Assembly: GCA_951406725.2 (NCBI GenBank)
Contig: OX597831.1
Location: forward strand, 63,116,001 to 63,180,000
Direction: 5' to 3'
DNA from: Octopus vulgaris
Taxonomy: Eukaryota
Length of the DNA: 64,000 nucleotides
Part shown: positions 1 through 13,024 of the stretch, piece after piece
Layout of the letters: each line of letters begins with the position of its first letter
Position numbering within the stretch: the first letter of the stretch is position 1
Program-made: the position numbers and the translations under genes
Notes under the pieces: generated by a model
The model's database searches: none
Told to the model about the DNA's origin: nothing
Seen by the model: the letters and a program-made list of their open reading frames with translations, nothing else

Positions 1-28
1 CAGCAACTCTGCAGTGTTAGTTGAGACA

Positions 29-443
29 ATAATAATAATTTCTTACGTAACCAGAAGATGGATTTGGTATTACTCTTTATTTTGTACAACGGTCATTTCT
101 ACCCGTCATGCTATTGTCTCTTACGGGTGGAATTCTGTTCAATGTGTGTTTCATCTATTTTGCAGTCTGAGTTATATAAGGTACATCCATATTTAAAGGT
201 GCGTCTCGCTAAAGATCCTGAGTTTTGGCTGTCATGTTGTTATATGCCTGCCTGGTTTTGGAAGTCCCAGACACAACTTTATGTATGGATGTACGTGTTG
301 GAACTCAGTCTGTAAAATGGATGCAACACCCCTTGTTGAACGGAGTCCCGTCCATAAGGGAGAGTAGCGGGATGGGTCAAAACAACCTTTGTACAGAATA
401 GAGATTAATGCCAGATGCATCTTCTGGTTGCTTCAGAAATTAT

Positions 444-449
<6 letters not shown>
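29..449. repeat. Long imperfect inverted repeat (~180-bp arms, ~60-nt loop) with (AAT)n/(ATT)n ends
   Basis: 29-206 aligns to the reverse complement of 268-449; ORFs 58..315(+) and 232..420(-) are homologous for this reason. Confidence 0.85.
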
Positions 450-480
<31 letters not shown>

Positions 481-483
<3 letters not shown>

Positions 484-665
484 CCCAGAAACGCGTTCTC
501 TAGTAATTGATTTACGAGTGATCTTTCGTTATTTTTCCCTCTATGCCTACGTGAATTGTTTTTGAGTATACATTCTTATAGTAGAGGAAATAGCTAAATT
601 GTTTGGCTGCTATTTCTAGAAGTTTGGTGTGTGGTAAAGTAAATTTTTTTGCTGAACCCTAGTTA
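481..665 (+). repeat. Possible Penelope-like pLTR fragment after (TA)n
   Basis: Starts with GAAACGCGTT, the 3' half of a minimal hammerhead with palindromic stem III, and lies between TA tracts; the 5' core is absent. Confidence 0.3.
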
Positions 666-742
666 TATAAAGTAATATATATATATATGTATTAACATAT
701 GTGTACATATATGCATATATATTAAACTATAAATCTGTATAC

Positions 743-780
<38 letters not shown>

Positions 781-1669
781 GTATATGTCTGTATGCATAT
801 GAGTGTGTATTTATATATACACACAAACATATATATACATACGTGTGCCTGCGTGTGTGTGTGTGTGTGAGGTGTGCATATAGTAAATATATATGTGCAT
901 ATGTTCGTGTATGTATGTGTCTGTGTGTTTGTGTCTGTGTGTGTATGTGTGTGTGCGTGTGTGTGTGCATGTGTGTATTCTACACACATATTTTCATTTT
1001 TTGTTCGATACTAAATGATAAGTAAGTCGATAATAATAGCCACTCTTATTTATATTTGTACACGGATCCAAACTTGTGTGAACAACAAAGCAATTTATAT
1101 AGTTTTCCTATATGTGTACATTCCCATGCATGTGTCTATGTGCATGTGCATTTGTGCGTGTGTGTGTAAGAGAGAGAGAGTGTGTGTGTGTCTTTGTGTG
1201 TGTGTGGTGGAATATCTGCAAGAAGAAAAGAAACTTTAATATAGGTATAGTTCCGTTTTATCTACATCGCTATTAATATAGTTTGATATGATGTTTCCAA
1301 CAATGAGTATTTGCATCTTCCTTCGGCATTTATGTAGATAAATTTACGTTCTCTCGCTTTGTCTTGTTTTTATTGCATTTCAGATATCGCAAATATTTCT
1401 CCATCAAATGTAAATAGCAATATCTTTTTTAAACATCTTCCTCAGTGCGAAATACAGTAATATATAAGGACTGCTTAGCTGCTGCCCTCTGAACGATTGT
1501 GCAACAGAAACTCATCTCAGGCGAATAATTATAAGCTACAAAACATATTGAATACTTAACACTGAGAAAGATGAAGAGAAAATTTATAACTATAAAATTC
1601 GGGAGATTTACAAATGTGACACGAAATGCTTCGGGTATATTTTTTAATATTTTACTTGTTTCACACATT

Positions 1670-1810
1670 GGACTGCGACCATGATGGAGCATCGACTTGA
1701 AGGATTTAGTCGAACAAGTCGACCCCAGAAACGAAACATTTAAGCCAGGGACTTATTCTGTCAGTCTATTTTGACGAACAACTAGGTTACAGAGACATAA
1801 ACAGGCCAAT
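1670..1810 (-). mobile_element. Degenerate 3' part of SINE family A
   Basis: Reverse complement resembles the tail of the 33007-33408 copy. Confidence 0.6.
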
Positions 1811-1870
1811 AAAATTGCGAGGTGGTGGTACATGATAAACACACACACACAAGGATACACACGAAGATAT

Positions 1871-1948
<78 letters not shown>

Positions 1949-2049
1949 GAATGTATGTATATGTACGTTTGTATATATATATACATACATAGATAGATAG
2001 ATACATACATACATACATACATACATACATACATACATACATACATACA

Positions 2050-2085
<36 letters not shown>

Positions 2086-3149
2086 TAGTACGGGCTTCCT
2101 GTTTACTCTACATAAAATAATGAGTTGTTGCATCGGAAAAAGTATTATCTTTCCCTATATTGACTCTCGATGGTACATCTTTGATTGCGTAGGCACAGTC
2201 GAACTAGCAATGAAATCCACCATATAATTTAAAGGACAACACAATTAATCTTCAACGGACATGTCCATACTGCAAGAAATAAGTACCCTTTCATCGATTC
2301 TCAATCCATTGTTTAAATCAATCAAGAGATATTATTAAAGGAGGGCGAGGCCGTTTCGCTGATCATTTCCCTGAAATATTTCTCTGTTACACCGTTACGA
2401 CATAATATTGGAACTCATTAGCTTTCGTTAGCTGCAGAGCACAAATAATAGAAATTAATTCCTTTTCTGAAATGTCCACTAATAACTTGAAAGCAAATGG
2501 CCTACTCGATATGGCATTACATCTGTATTTTTCAAACTTGCAAATGATATCAACGTCTTCCATCTAAATATAATTCAAATTCTTTCCCACAGTCCTTCTT
2601 TCATTTAGGAGAAGAAAACAGAATTTACAGCTAAATATTTCTTTCCTTCCCATTCAAACGTTAAAGCCGTTTTTGAATTTATTGAACATAACAATTCGTC
2701 TGTCTGCTTTCCACCCTCGAATAGCCCTGTATGAGAAACAGTACATTAAACTCAGCTGGCGTCGGTAGTTTCATAGTTTTCTGTAACAATTAAGTATGTG
2801 GACCTCAATTTAACTACTTGCAAGTGAAATAATTACCTATCCACTAAAGAGACTTGTAAGAGAATATATAAACTTCCTCTCCATTGTAACCCTTATTCAA
2901 TATATGCATGGTTATGTCACAAAGGAAAAGGGGCACCATATAAATGTTTCCAGAGCCGCATATACTATTATGCAAATAATGAATTATATTTCTTTAAAAA
3001 TACAGTCGACAAATTGTAATTTTTATTGTACCCATAGTTAGATATAAGTAATTTATTTCCATTGTTTTCTGTCTACTGTTTAGTCTTTAAAAAGATTTGG
3101 GAAGAAAAACTGAAATTCTATTTTAATTAATTCCTATTCAGCCCTAACT

Positions 3150-4490
3150 GAATATCAACCATAGGAAAGGCAATTGGACATTATAACCTCATATTCTACA
3201 GACAAAGGGATGAAATTTGATGAGCTTAAATGTGTATTTTCCACAATAAAACGCGGAAAAGTTGTGTCTTATTCTGAAAACGCAATACAACCTCTGCAGT
3301 CAGGTGATGAATATAGATATCTCGGACAAGATGAGAATGTCAGTTATGGTGGACACATAAATAAGGAGAGGACTAGAAATGAATATCACAACTCTCAGTT
3401 TACAAAAAAATTATTGCCCACGGCACCTTCGCTGTGCCTGTTCTCACGCCTACGTTTGGCCTTTTGAACTGGTCACTACAAGAACTCAATGAGATAGATG
3501 TTCGAACTTGTAAGCTATTCAGTGTAACAGGAAATTTTAACATCAGTGGACATGTACACAGGCTATACTTCTCATACAAGGATGGTGGATGTGGTGTCAA
3601 ATTTGTACTGATCTCATATGAAGCACGAAGTTTGACGTTGAAACATCTACAGCAGAAGAAGGTAACTGTTTTTCGCAAGATTTTGACCATAAAACCAAGA
3701 ATATAATTAGCATAGTTAATGAACTTAAAGCAGGAAATGAAGCAAGAACTGTTACAGAACCCTCTCCAAGGAACATTGGTAAAACCTGAAAAAAATTAAA
3801 CAGTTCACTGAGAAGATAGTACATGAGTACAAGGCACTTAAAATATAAACCATAAACCATAAAATAGATTGATCATGTGAACAGCTTAACATGGAATACT
3901 GACAGGTTTATGACTTTGAAGGCTACCTCCACGCAATCCAAGAACAACACATTTCTACCTACAACATAAAAGGCAGAAAATATTGACAGATGTAGGCTGG
4001 GCAAGATCAAGCCTGAAGACATAAATGCCATTTTCCAACTGTGAATGTTTTCCAGATATTATCTTCCCATGAAGAATGATGCAGTGGCTAAAAAGGAGAA
4101 TTCCTACTAATGAAGTTGACCATATAGAGACCGATGGGTCGAAAAAATACTGGTGGAACTTCGGTCAGATATCCTTGAGTGGTATCACAAAAATTAGGGT
4201 ATGTTCTATGGTGGAAATCAGCTTCTCCCTGGACACGAACGTGGTTAGAAAAATACAAGAGAAAGCGAACATCTATGGACCATTAATAAGGGTGTTTGGA
4301 AATCCAGTTCTCAATATACAATTTCAGCTTCATACCCATTATTATTGAGCAACAGCATACATATCAACTCGTCTGAAGTAAAGTATCGCTAAACATGGAA
4401 TCTCGGAGAGAGAAAGACAGTTCTTAATTCATATGCTATAAATAATCACAATATTTGAGACTATAAGATTCTACATGAATTTCTTGAGAT
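3150..4490 (+). mobile_element. Highly degraded R4/Dong-like (RLE) non-LTR retrotransposon, RT C-terminus to endonuclease
   Basis: Frameshifted pieces: DKGMKFDELKC...YRYLG (late RT); PVLTPTFGLLNWS..EL.EIDVRT...RLY....GGCG (thumb); EGYLHAIQEQ; VEISFSLDTNVVRKIQEKANIY (RLE). Collinear with the 10293 element. Confidence 0.8.
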
Positions 4491-6312
4491 TCAAATCATG
4501 GCAGTTAAATCAAGGCTCTTTTCTTTCACAAGCTTGTTACCAAGTTGATGGCCCGTCAAAATTTACTCTAAATCAAAAAAAGGAAGCGAAAGTATACATA
4601 CATACATACATACAAAAATACCCTGTTGTTGATGCTGCAATTCCAATGAAGGAGCCTAGGATCTAGGTTAGAAATCGGCTCTTTCTCTATAGGCAAGGAA
4701 TCTTGAAATAAAACTGAACAATGATATATGTACATACACAACCAGGTACATAATACATACACACATACATACACACAAACATTCATGCATACCTACACAC
4801 ATACATACATACATACATACATACATACATACATACATACATACATACATACATACATACATACATACATACATACCTTGCTGCGTTGGGGAATTTCGCA
4901 CATCACAAATACACACTGTAAGCAGAACGGTAAAAATCATGTAAGACATTTTACAAGTTTAAAACCTGAATTTGATTTCGTTATCTACATTCCAAACATG
5001 GAGCTTTGTACATTTCTTAAAAACCAGCTCCCTCCTTACAAGGATATTGCAAATGATTAAAAATAGAAGTTTACATCGATAATAATCAATCTTGATCTGG
5101 CAACCGAGTATAATGGATTTACTTAGAGGCATTTAATAAGGCCAAAACATATCCTGAGCTTTAACATGTTCCTCTAAATATCATATAGACTCCACTATTA
5201 CTTGACTTTGTTTGTTCAGTTCATTCAGTCGATTCTATTTGTAGGAAAACGCTTGGTATTTATATTTAGGTTTTAAACAATTCTGAAAGGGTTTTCATCT
5301 GCTATTGTCTTCTAAAAACTCAGTTGTTCAAAGTTCGTCATTTCTCTTTATATGATCCGTCATATTCGTATTCAATAAGCAGAAGTATCCTCAGAGATAT
5401 TTTTTTCCCTTTGCCATATTGTTGACATCTTTGTATGTTAACCCGATTATAAACAAGAGAAATAAGCTTTCATCGCCATTATCTAAAATGTTTTTATTCA
5501 CATATCGACATCGGTTAATAGTTATTTATATGGTGCCTAATTTAATATTGCATTTACAATTACACAGCTAATGATCCGCTCCGTTTTTATTCTTTGCTAT
5601 TTTTTGCCTGAACTAGAGGTTAGTGTGCCTAGTAAAAGGAAAATCAATATCAATTTGCACGAAAAGTCTATGTTATTTCCATATAATTTAATTTTTGTTT
5701 CTTTGAGGTTGTTTTCATCAACACGTCATGGGCCTCAGCTGCAAAATTAAGGTAATAGAGAACAACCAATCACTTCCCCACCAAACACACCCATACCAAA
5801 TATTCAAAGAAATGAACAATTTGAACAATACTAGAATTGTGATATATACAGAAAATGAAGATCGTTATATGTCTTTGTTTATTTTTAACACGCCAGCAAA
5901 TTTCCAAAAACAGTAGAGCACCAGACAAAATGCTTTTCCGCTTATTATTTCGCTACTTTATGTTCGGAATCCATATCCTGTGTGAGATCGACTTTGCTCT
6001 ACATCGTTGTATAATTTGCATAAGATACAAAATATGAGAGCAGGATTTGATATAACCAGCTTCGACTCCCATGAGAATTCAAGAGGGTCGATCATTCATT
6101 GATGAAATACATCTGGTCTCTGAAAGATCAAGTAGCAGATTTTATTCATTCGAACGCAAACAAGAAATAAATACCATCAGAAGTTGTTTAAATTTTGAGT
6201 GCAAGGAGTTAATCGAGTATGAAAACATTCCCCAATAACAAATATCGAAAGCCATTTTGTCTGACGCTTTAAAGCCGTAATTCCAAATGTGGTGCAGGGA
6301 CCAAAATGTCTC

Positions 6313-6401
6313 TGAGATACTACGCTAACCATTCTGCCAAATATTAAAGATATTGCATATATGTGTGCTTATAAGTGTGTGTATACATTTATACGCACAC
6401 A

Positions 6402-6450
<49 letters not shown>

Positions 6451-7013
6451 TAAAAAATGAAGTTCGAAAATGCTGCTGTATTATACAATTTTTAATTTTT
6501 ATATATACATTATAACATGTTTCAGTTCCTGAAATGAACCTTATCAAAAAAAGTTATATATAAAAAAAGACAGCTCATGCCGTCAAACACAAGAAATTCA
6601 TTTATAATACACAACGGAGTCAGACATCTTAGAGTTCATGTATAGTTGATATATAGTTCATGTATAGTTGATATATAGTTTGAAGTATATGTTCAAAGTG
6701 TTCGATGCAGTGGCCCACGGTGGTGATACGTATTCAATACAAAAAACAGATCAAAGTGGTGGAAAGCGGTCAATACAGAAGATTGATGTTTCCGAAAGAG
6801 CGAGGAATTCATTTTTACCTTAAGCAATTGTGATGACCCATGGTGGAAGTTCGCTGGGTGGTTCTGTATATACATATACATATATATACATATATATATG
6901 TATGAGATACTACTCATATATATATGAGATACTACGCTAACCATTCTGCCAAATATTAAAGATATTGCATATATGTGTGCTTATAAGTGTGTGTATACAT
7001 TTATACGCACACA

Positions 7014-7020
<7 letters not shown>
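6313..7020 (+). repeat. Identical 96-bp direct repeats (6313-6408 and 6925-7020)
   Basis: TGAGATACTACGCTAACC...CACATGTGCAT occurs twice, each followed by (AT)n. Confidence 0.9.
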
Positions 7021-7057
<37 letters not shown>

Positions 7058-7115
7058 CGTATATACATATATATACATATATATATGTATGTATATATAT
7101 ATATATATATATATG

Positions 7116-7153
<38 letters not shown>

Positions 7154-7194
7154 CTGTTATTTAGTGTTCACTGGCTTCAGCATTATTTTATATT

Positions 7195-7250
7195 AATTGT
7201 ATTTCGGCCAGAGTTCTTTCGTGACACTTCTCTGACTTCATCAGTGATCA
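7195..7250 (-). ncRNA. Partial hammerhead ribozyme motif
   Basis: Minus strand: CTGATGA a GTCAGAG...CTCTGGC c GAAA; no stem III or stem I partner found. Confidence 0.45.
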
Positions 7251-7299
7251 CAGAGTGGCAGAACATTAGTAAGTGGAGAAGAAGAGACACACAAAAAAG

Positions 7300-7790
7300 G
7301 ATTCAGTCACACTCCGTGGCACGTTGAGCAAGTGTATTCTACTATAGCCTTGGACTGACCAAAACTTTGTAAGTGGATTTGGTAGGCGGAAACTGAAAGA
7401 AGCCCGTCGCATATATGTATGTGTGTGTATATGTTTGGGTGTGTGTGTATTTTCCATCCAACATCGCTTGATAACCAATGCTGGTGTGTTTACGTCCCCG
7501 TAATATAGCGGTTCGGCAAAACAGACCGATAGAATAAGTGCTATGTTTACAGAGATTAAGTCCTGTGATCGGTTTACTCGACTAAAAGTGTTGCTACAGC
7601 ACGGCCGCAATCAAATGACTGAAACAAGTGAAAAGAATAAAAAGAATATATATATATATAGGACAGGCTTCTTTTAGTTTCCGTCTACCAAGTCCAATCA
7701 CAAGGATTTGGTCATCCTGAGGCTATAATAGAAGACACTTGCACAAGGTGCCACTCAGTGGGACTGAATACGAAACCGTGTGGATGGTAC
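7300..7790. mobile_element. Two SINE family A copies in opposite orientation (7300-7645 +, 7655-7790 -)
   Basis: Matches to the 33007-33408 copy. Confidence 0.8.
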
Positions 7791-8234
7791 TTACATCATA
7801 GCATGTGTATATATATATGCCACATCATGCCACACTGCATCAAACACCACAACATCACAACACAATACACCACACCACACATCATCACACCACACACACC
7901 ACACATCACTACATCACATCGCTCCACCCTGCACACACTAGCATTGACCACTTCCCAGCATCCACAGCATATCACACCATACGATGCCACACCACATCAC
8001 ACCACCCCGCATACACTAGCGGTGACCACTTCCCAGCACCCTCACCATCATCAGCACACCTACTCATGAACACACCCACACATCAAGGTCACCAGCCCCA
8101 ATCCACATGCTCACACTTACACGCTCTCACAAACACACGCACGTGAACCTTCGTTTTTGGATGACCCCTACTTTATTATCTCCCCTTCTTCCTAGCTCTC
8201 CTGCCTGACCATCTCCGTCCAGCAATCGCTATGA

Positions 8235-8413
8235 TCGACCGCTAGCCACTAGAGCTTTGTTTTTTAAATTCTCTTTCTGTTTATTTTCTCTTGTTACTTT
8301 CTATTGAAGAGCGTAGGCTCGAAACGTAAAAGATTTTCTCACCATCCCGAGCGTTAAACTAATACAACTGTTTGTTGGTAATACACCTGTTTTCGCCTTT
8401 TGTCTTTTTGTGA

Positions 8414-8418
<5 letters not shown>
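8235..8418 (+). mobile_element. (TA)n-flanked repeat with variant hammerhead-like motif (PLE pLTR-like); same family as 28234-28421
   Basis: cttt CTATTGA a GAGC gtag GCTC GAAA CG TA aaag at 8297-8332; similar to 28234-28421 along its length. Confidence 0.55.
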
Positions 8419-8458
<40 letters not shown>

Positions 8459-9091
8459 TTATAAACGTGATGTAAGCACGCTAATGTGTGCGTAGTATTT
8501 TACATGGCTAACGTAATTCTGCGCTGAAATTGTTTGTTATTGTTTCAATGCACATACTCAGATAAACATAAATATTACCAAACAAAAACAACTCTTCTGA
8601 AATGGGTAAAATAAAGTTAGGCAATAAATAATGTTATATTTAATGCTTAGATTTCACATATAGCAGCCTACTTTAACAGAAACTACGTAGTTTGTTTGTC
8701 GATATAGTCATGAAAATGGTATCAATAATTTAAATATCGTATTTACTCTTTCATGTACTGTTTTGGGGTTACTTTGTAGCTTTATGTTTAACTTACAGTT
8801 ATTTATTGTTTTCTCTCTCTCACACTTTCTTTCCCGCCATCTCTCTACCTTCTCTCTCCATCTCTCTCTCATTCTCTACCCCCTCTCTCTCTCTTACCTA
8901 AGAGTAACTATTGTTGCATTAAATCTTATAGCTAGATAACATCATAAAATCAGGTTGTATCATTGTTTTCTTTTTCTCTCAACCAATCACAATTATTTCT
9001 CTTTTCAGGTGTATCATCTATCATTTTTCAAACATTTATATTTCAAAGACGCACACACACACACACACATACACGCACATACACGCACATG

Positions 9092-9136
<45 letters not shown>

Positions 9137-9916
9137 GCACACAAACACACACATCACATAGATGCATATCTACACATGTACGGATATGGGTATGTACAAA
9201 TGCATAGATGTGAATATACACATATATACGTATACGCACATACACACATACACACAATCATTCATACGTGTGCTTGTGTGTGTGTGTGTGTGTGAGCATC
9301 ACCTACGTATGTAGGTATGCTTGTATGAATCTGATTTCAACGTACAGCATTCAGTTTAATATCGTAGATATGCAATGTCCATACAGCGTGTGGCTATCAT
9401 TATTCTTTTCCATATGTTTTCATATTAAACATCACAACTGTGTTCGTATTTTTGTTCGGAAAAACAGTAAAAAAGTAATGTGCTTCCTTTTATACTCTCT
9501 ATTGCACACAAAAATCATTTTCTGTTTCTAGCATTCATAGATATTTACACTAGAACAGGGATGCTTAACTAGAACGTTTCTGTCTCAGATGATCATAGCA
9601 AGCGCCTAAAAATCTGTGTAGGAGCACATGTCCTGCGAAAAGTAATCTATAATTCTAGGACATTTCCTATCTAAAGATTATTTCAAATTATTATGTTGGT
9701 GTTTAGGCTGAATGACTTTTTCATATGAGTGTTTTAAGTCTTCGCCAGTGCGTAGTTCAGTTTCAAAAGTGAGCAAAGACACTTCCCTTATTTGTATTGA
9801 TATAATATATACATACATTCACAACCTCACACACAATCACCTACACGCATGCACATACACATTTTTATGTATCTTTCTCCCCCTCTCTCTCTCTCGCTGT
9901 ATGTATGTATAAATAT

Positions 9917-10134
9917 ATAATAATGATGATGATGATGATAATAATAATAATAATGATAAAGATAAAAATAAAATAATAATAATAATAATAATAATGATAG
10001 TAATAATAATAATAATGATAATAATAATAATAATAATAACAATAATAATAATAATAATAGTAATAATAATAATAATAATAATAATAGTAATAATAATAGT
10101 AATAATAGTAATAATAATAATAATAGTAGTAGTA

Positions 10135-10177
<43 letters not shown>

Positions 10178-10206
10178 TAATAATAATAATAATAATAATA
10201 ATGATG

Positions 10207-10276
<70 letters not shown>

Positions 10277-10277
10277 G
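9917..10277. repeat. (AAT)n microsatellite
   Basis: Direct reading. Confidence 0.95.
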
Positions 10278-11710
10278 ACACAACACACACAAATGAAGGA
10301 GAAAATAAAAAAAGAATATTATAGACGAGTTAGATCAATACTAAAAACAGAGCTCAATGCTAAAAACAAGATAATAGGTATCAACACTTTAGCTGTCCCA
10401 GTTATAAGTTACAGCTACAATATCCTTAACTGGACACGAAATGAACTGTCCAAAATAGATAGGAAAACAAGAAAAATACTGACAGGATCTAGGATGCATC
10501 ACCCAAAATCTGACATAGAAAGACTATATATACAACGTATAGAAGGTGGTAGAGGCCTTATACAGCTGGAAAACTACTATAAAATAACCACCATAGGACT
10601 GCAAAAATACCTACTTCAGAAGGAAGGAAAACTGATCCAGATAGCAGCAAAACACGAGCAAAACAAAAAACTGTTCTCAGTATTTAAGGAAGCTGACAAA
10701 TACAAACAAGAAATCATACCACCTAATAAACACAAAGAAGAAGAAGAAGATGATGAAGAAACAACAAAAGCTATAAAACAAATGAATTCCAAACTAAAAA
10801 TAGAACAGCAACGAGCCATGATAAAACGATGGCAAGAAAAGCCCCTTCATGGTAAATACTGCACTAAACTAAACACAAAAGAAATAGACAAAGAAAAATC
10901 CCAGCAATGGTTGAGAAGCTCAGGACTCAAAGCAGAAACAGAGGGATTTTTAATTGCAGCACAAGACCAAAGCCTCCCCACCAGAAATTACCAAAAACAT
11001 GTAATGAAAAGAAATATTACAAGTAACTGCAGAATATGTGGAGATGGACAAGAAACAATAAATCATATTATCTTTAGCTGCCCAGTCCTGGCTAAGAAGG
11101 AATATATTCACAGACATGACACAGTTGGAACCTACATACATTGGAAGCTATGCCAACATTATGGAATAACAACAGAAAAAAGATGGTATAGGCACACACC
11201 AGAAAAGGTCACAGAAAACGAGAAAGAAACCATACTCTGGGATATGCCGATACACACAGATAGAGAAATTAAGGCCAACAGACCAGATATAGTTGTCAGA
11301 GATCAATGAAGAAAAAATGCTTTCTAATTGATGTATCAATACCCGGCAGATGACAACGTGTCTCTAAAAGAAATGGAGAAACTCTCAAAATACAAAGACC
11401 TGGAAATAGAGGTAACTAGAATGTGGAACCTGAAAACAGAAACAATTCCTATCATAGTAGGTGCATTAGGCATGATAAAAAAATATTCAGACAAATACAT
11501 AACAAAAACACCAGGACTTACAAACACATATAACATACAGAAAATTGTACTACTAGGCACTGCACACATCCTACGCAGAACACTTTCCATACAATAACCA
11601 TCAGAGCATCACAACAAATCACAGCACATACCCAAGGCACACAGAGCTGCGCTCGGTAGTGAAGTGAAAGCACGCTATAAAAATAAAACTACTGAATAAT
11701 AATAATAATT
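10278..11710 (+). mobile_element. 5'-truncated R4/Dong-clade RLE non-LTR retrotransposon in (AAT)n
   Basis: ORF 10293-11309 has the RT thumb (AVPVISYS..ILNWT..EL.KIDRKTRK; RLY..R.EGGRGL), ETEGFLIAAQDQ, zinc knuckle CRICGDGQETINHIIFSC, RHD and NRPDIV. It frameshifts into 11328-11597 (KEMEKLSKYKDL, PIIVGALG), followed by a short 3'UTR and (AAT)n tail. Confidence 0.92.
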
Positions 11711-11721
11711 AATTATTATTA

Positions 11722-12270
11722 ATTGCCCTGATGCAGTACCAGACAGTAGCTCGCGTGGCTTCTGATCTTAACTGATTGTACATTGTTTTGTCTTGGTATA
11801 AAAGATGGGCTACATCAAATATTCTGCCCAATACCACAGATTTGCTACTCAGTTGCTTAACCTTAACCAGTTGAGCATGTCCCTTACTGACTGACGATAT
11901 GTGCATCTCTAATTACGAGCAGAAGTAGTGGGGGGGGGCATCATAGTCATGTGTTGAGAGGGATTCTTTGGGATTTGAATAATTCACCTCTAGAAACATG
12001 GGTGTTTCGTTCAACATCCTTAAACAACCCTTATTCAGGGACCTTTTGAACGGAATGGGTTACTCGACCACAAAAAATTCTAACTGGGCCCCCACCTGCA
12101 AGGTTATGTTCTGTTTATCTTGATAAGAGATCACCATGTAACGCACATATGGTTGTGATCCAAGTGCCTGCTGTACCCTCATCAGACGGGTAGTCATGAT
12201 GGATATACTGGGCTTCGTATATTTTACCCCAGTGTCACTTTGATGGCATGCACTGCTCCCTCACTCAATA
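11722..12270 (+). mobile_element. ~550-bp non-coding interspersed element bounded by (AAT)n
   Basis: Complex, more GC-rich block with sharp (AAT)n borders and no meaningful ORF. Confidence 0.55.
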
Positions 12271-12281
12271 ATGATATAATG

Positions 12282-12335
<54 letters not shown>

Positions 12336-12339
12336 GGTT

Positions 12340-12520
12340 AAAAATTTGACACAAGGGCAGCCATTTGGCGGGAAGGGATGTGTCGATTACATCGACCCCA
12401 GTGACTGGTTCTTATTTTATCGACCCTGAAATTATGAAAGGCAAAGTTGACCTTGGGGGAATTTGAACTCAGAACGTCGCGACTAGCAAAATACCGCTAA
12501 GTATTTAATCCGGCGAGTCT
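12340..12520 (-). mobile_element. SINE family B, degenerate
   Basis: ATCGACCCC..GAAAGGCAAAGTTGACC..GGAATTTGAACTCAGAACGT, as in other copies. Confidence 0.8.
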
Positions 12521-13024
12521 GCCCTCTTTCCCCTTCCCTCCTTACTTGCCTCCCTAGTACCTTTTCCTCTCTCCTCCCCTTCTCTCTTATTCGCCTGCCT
12601 CTTATTTTTCCCTCTTTCCTTCCCTTTCTCTGATCTTCCCTTTCTCTCTCTTTACCTCTCTCTTATTCTTCAGTCCCTCCGCTCTTTCTTTCTCCCTCCC
12701 TTACCTCTCCCTCTCTCACACCTAAGTACCTACATCATTCTTCCTCTCTCCTACCAGGTGACAGGTGTCTAGACCGGTGCGCGTCATTCATTTTTGGTCT
12801 GTCGCTGAGCAAACCAGACACGTGTGTCTACTGTCCGCTAAGATATTTTTTCCAGTTCTTTGCGCTACCTTCCTACGTCTGTTTATAGTCGAAAGGCCCT
12901 TTCTCTTACTATTGTACATGTCTAACCATTCCTTTTGCTATTCTATAGCCGAAAGGCATTTTCTATAGTAACTGTACTATTCCTTATTTTGTTGTACACG
13001 CTATATTATTTTGTTCTCTTCCTC

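Noticed and set aside
7820-8100. His/Thr/Pro-rich ORFs
   Set aside because: Degenerate (CACCA)n low-complexity DNA
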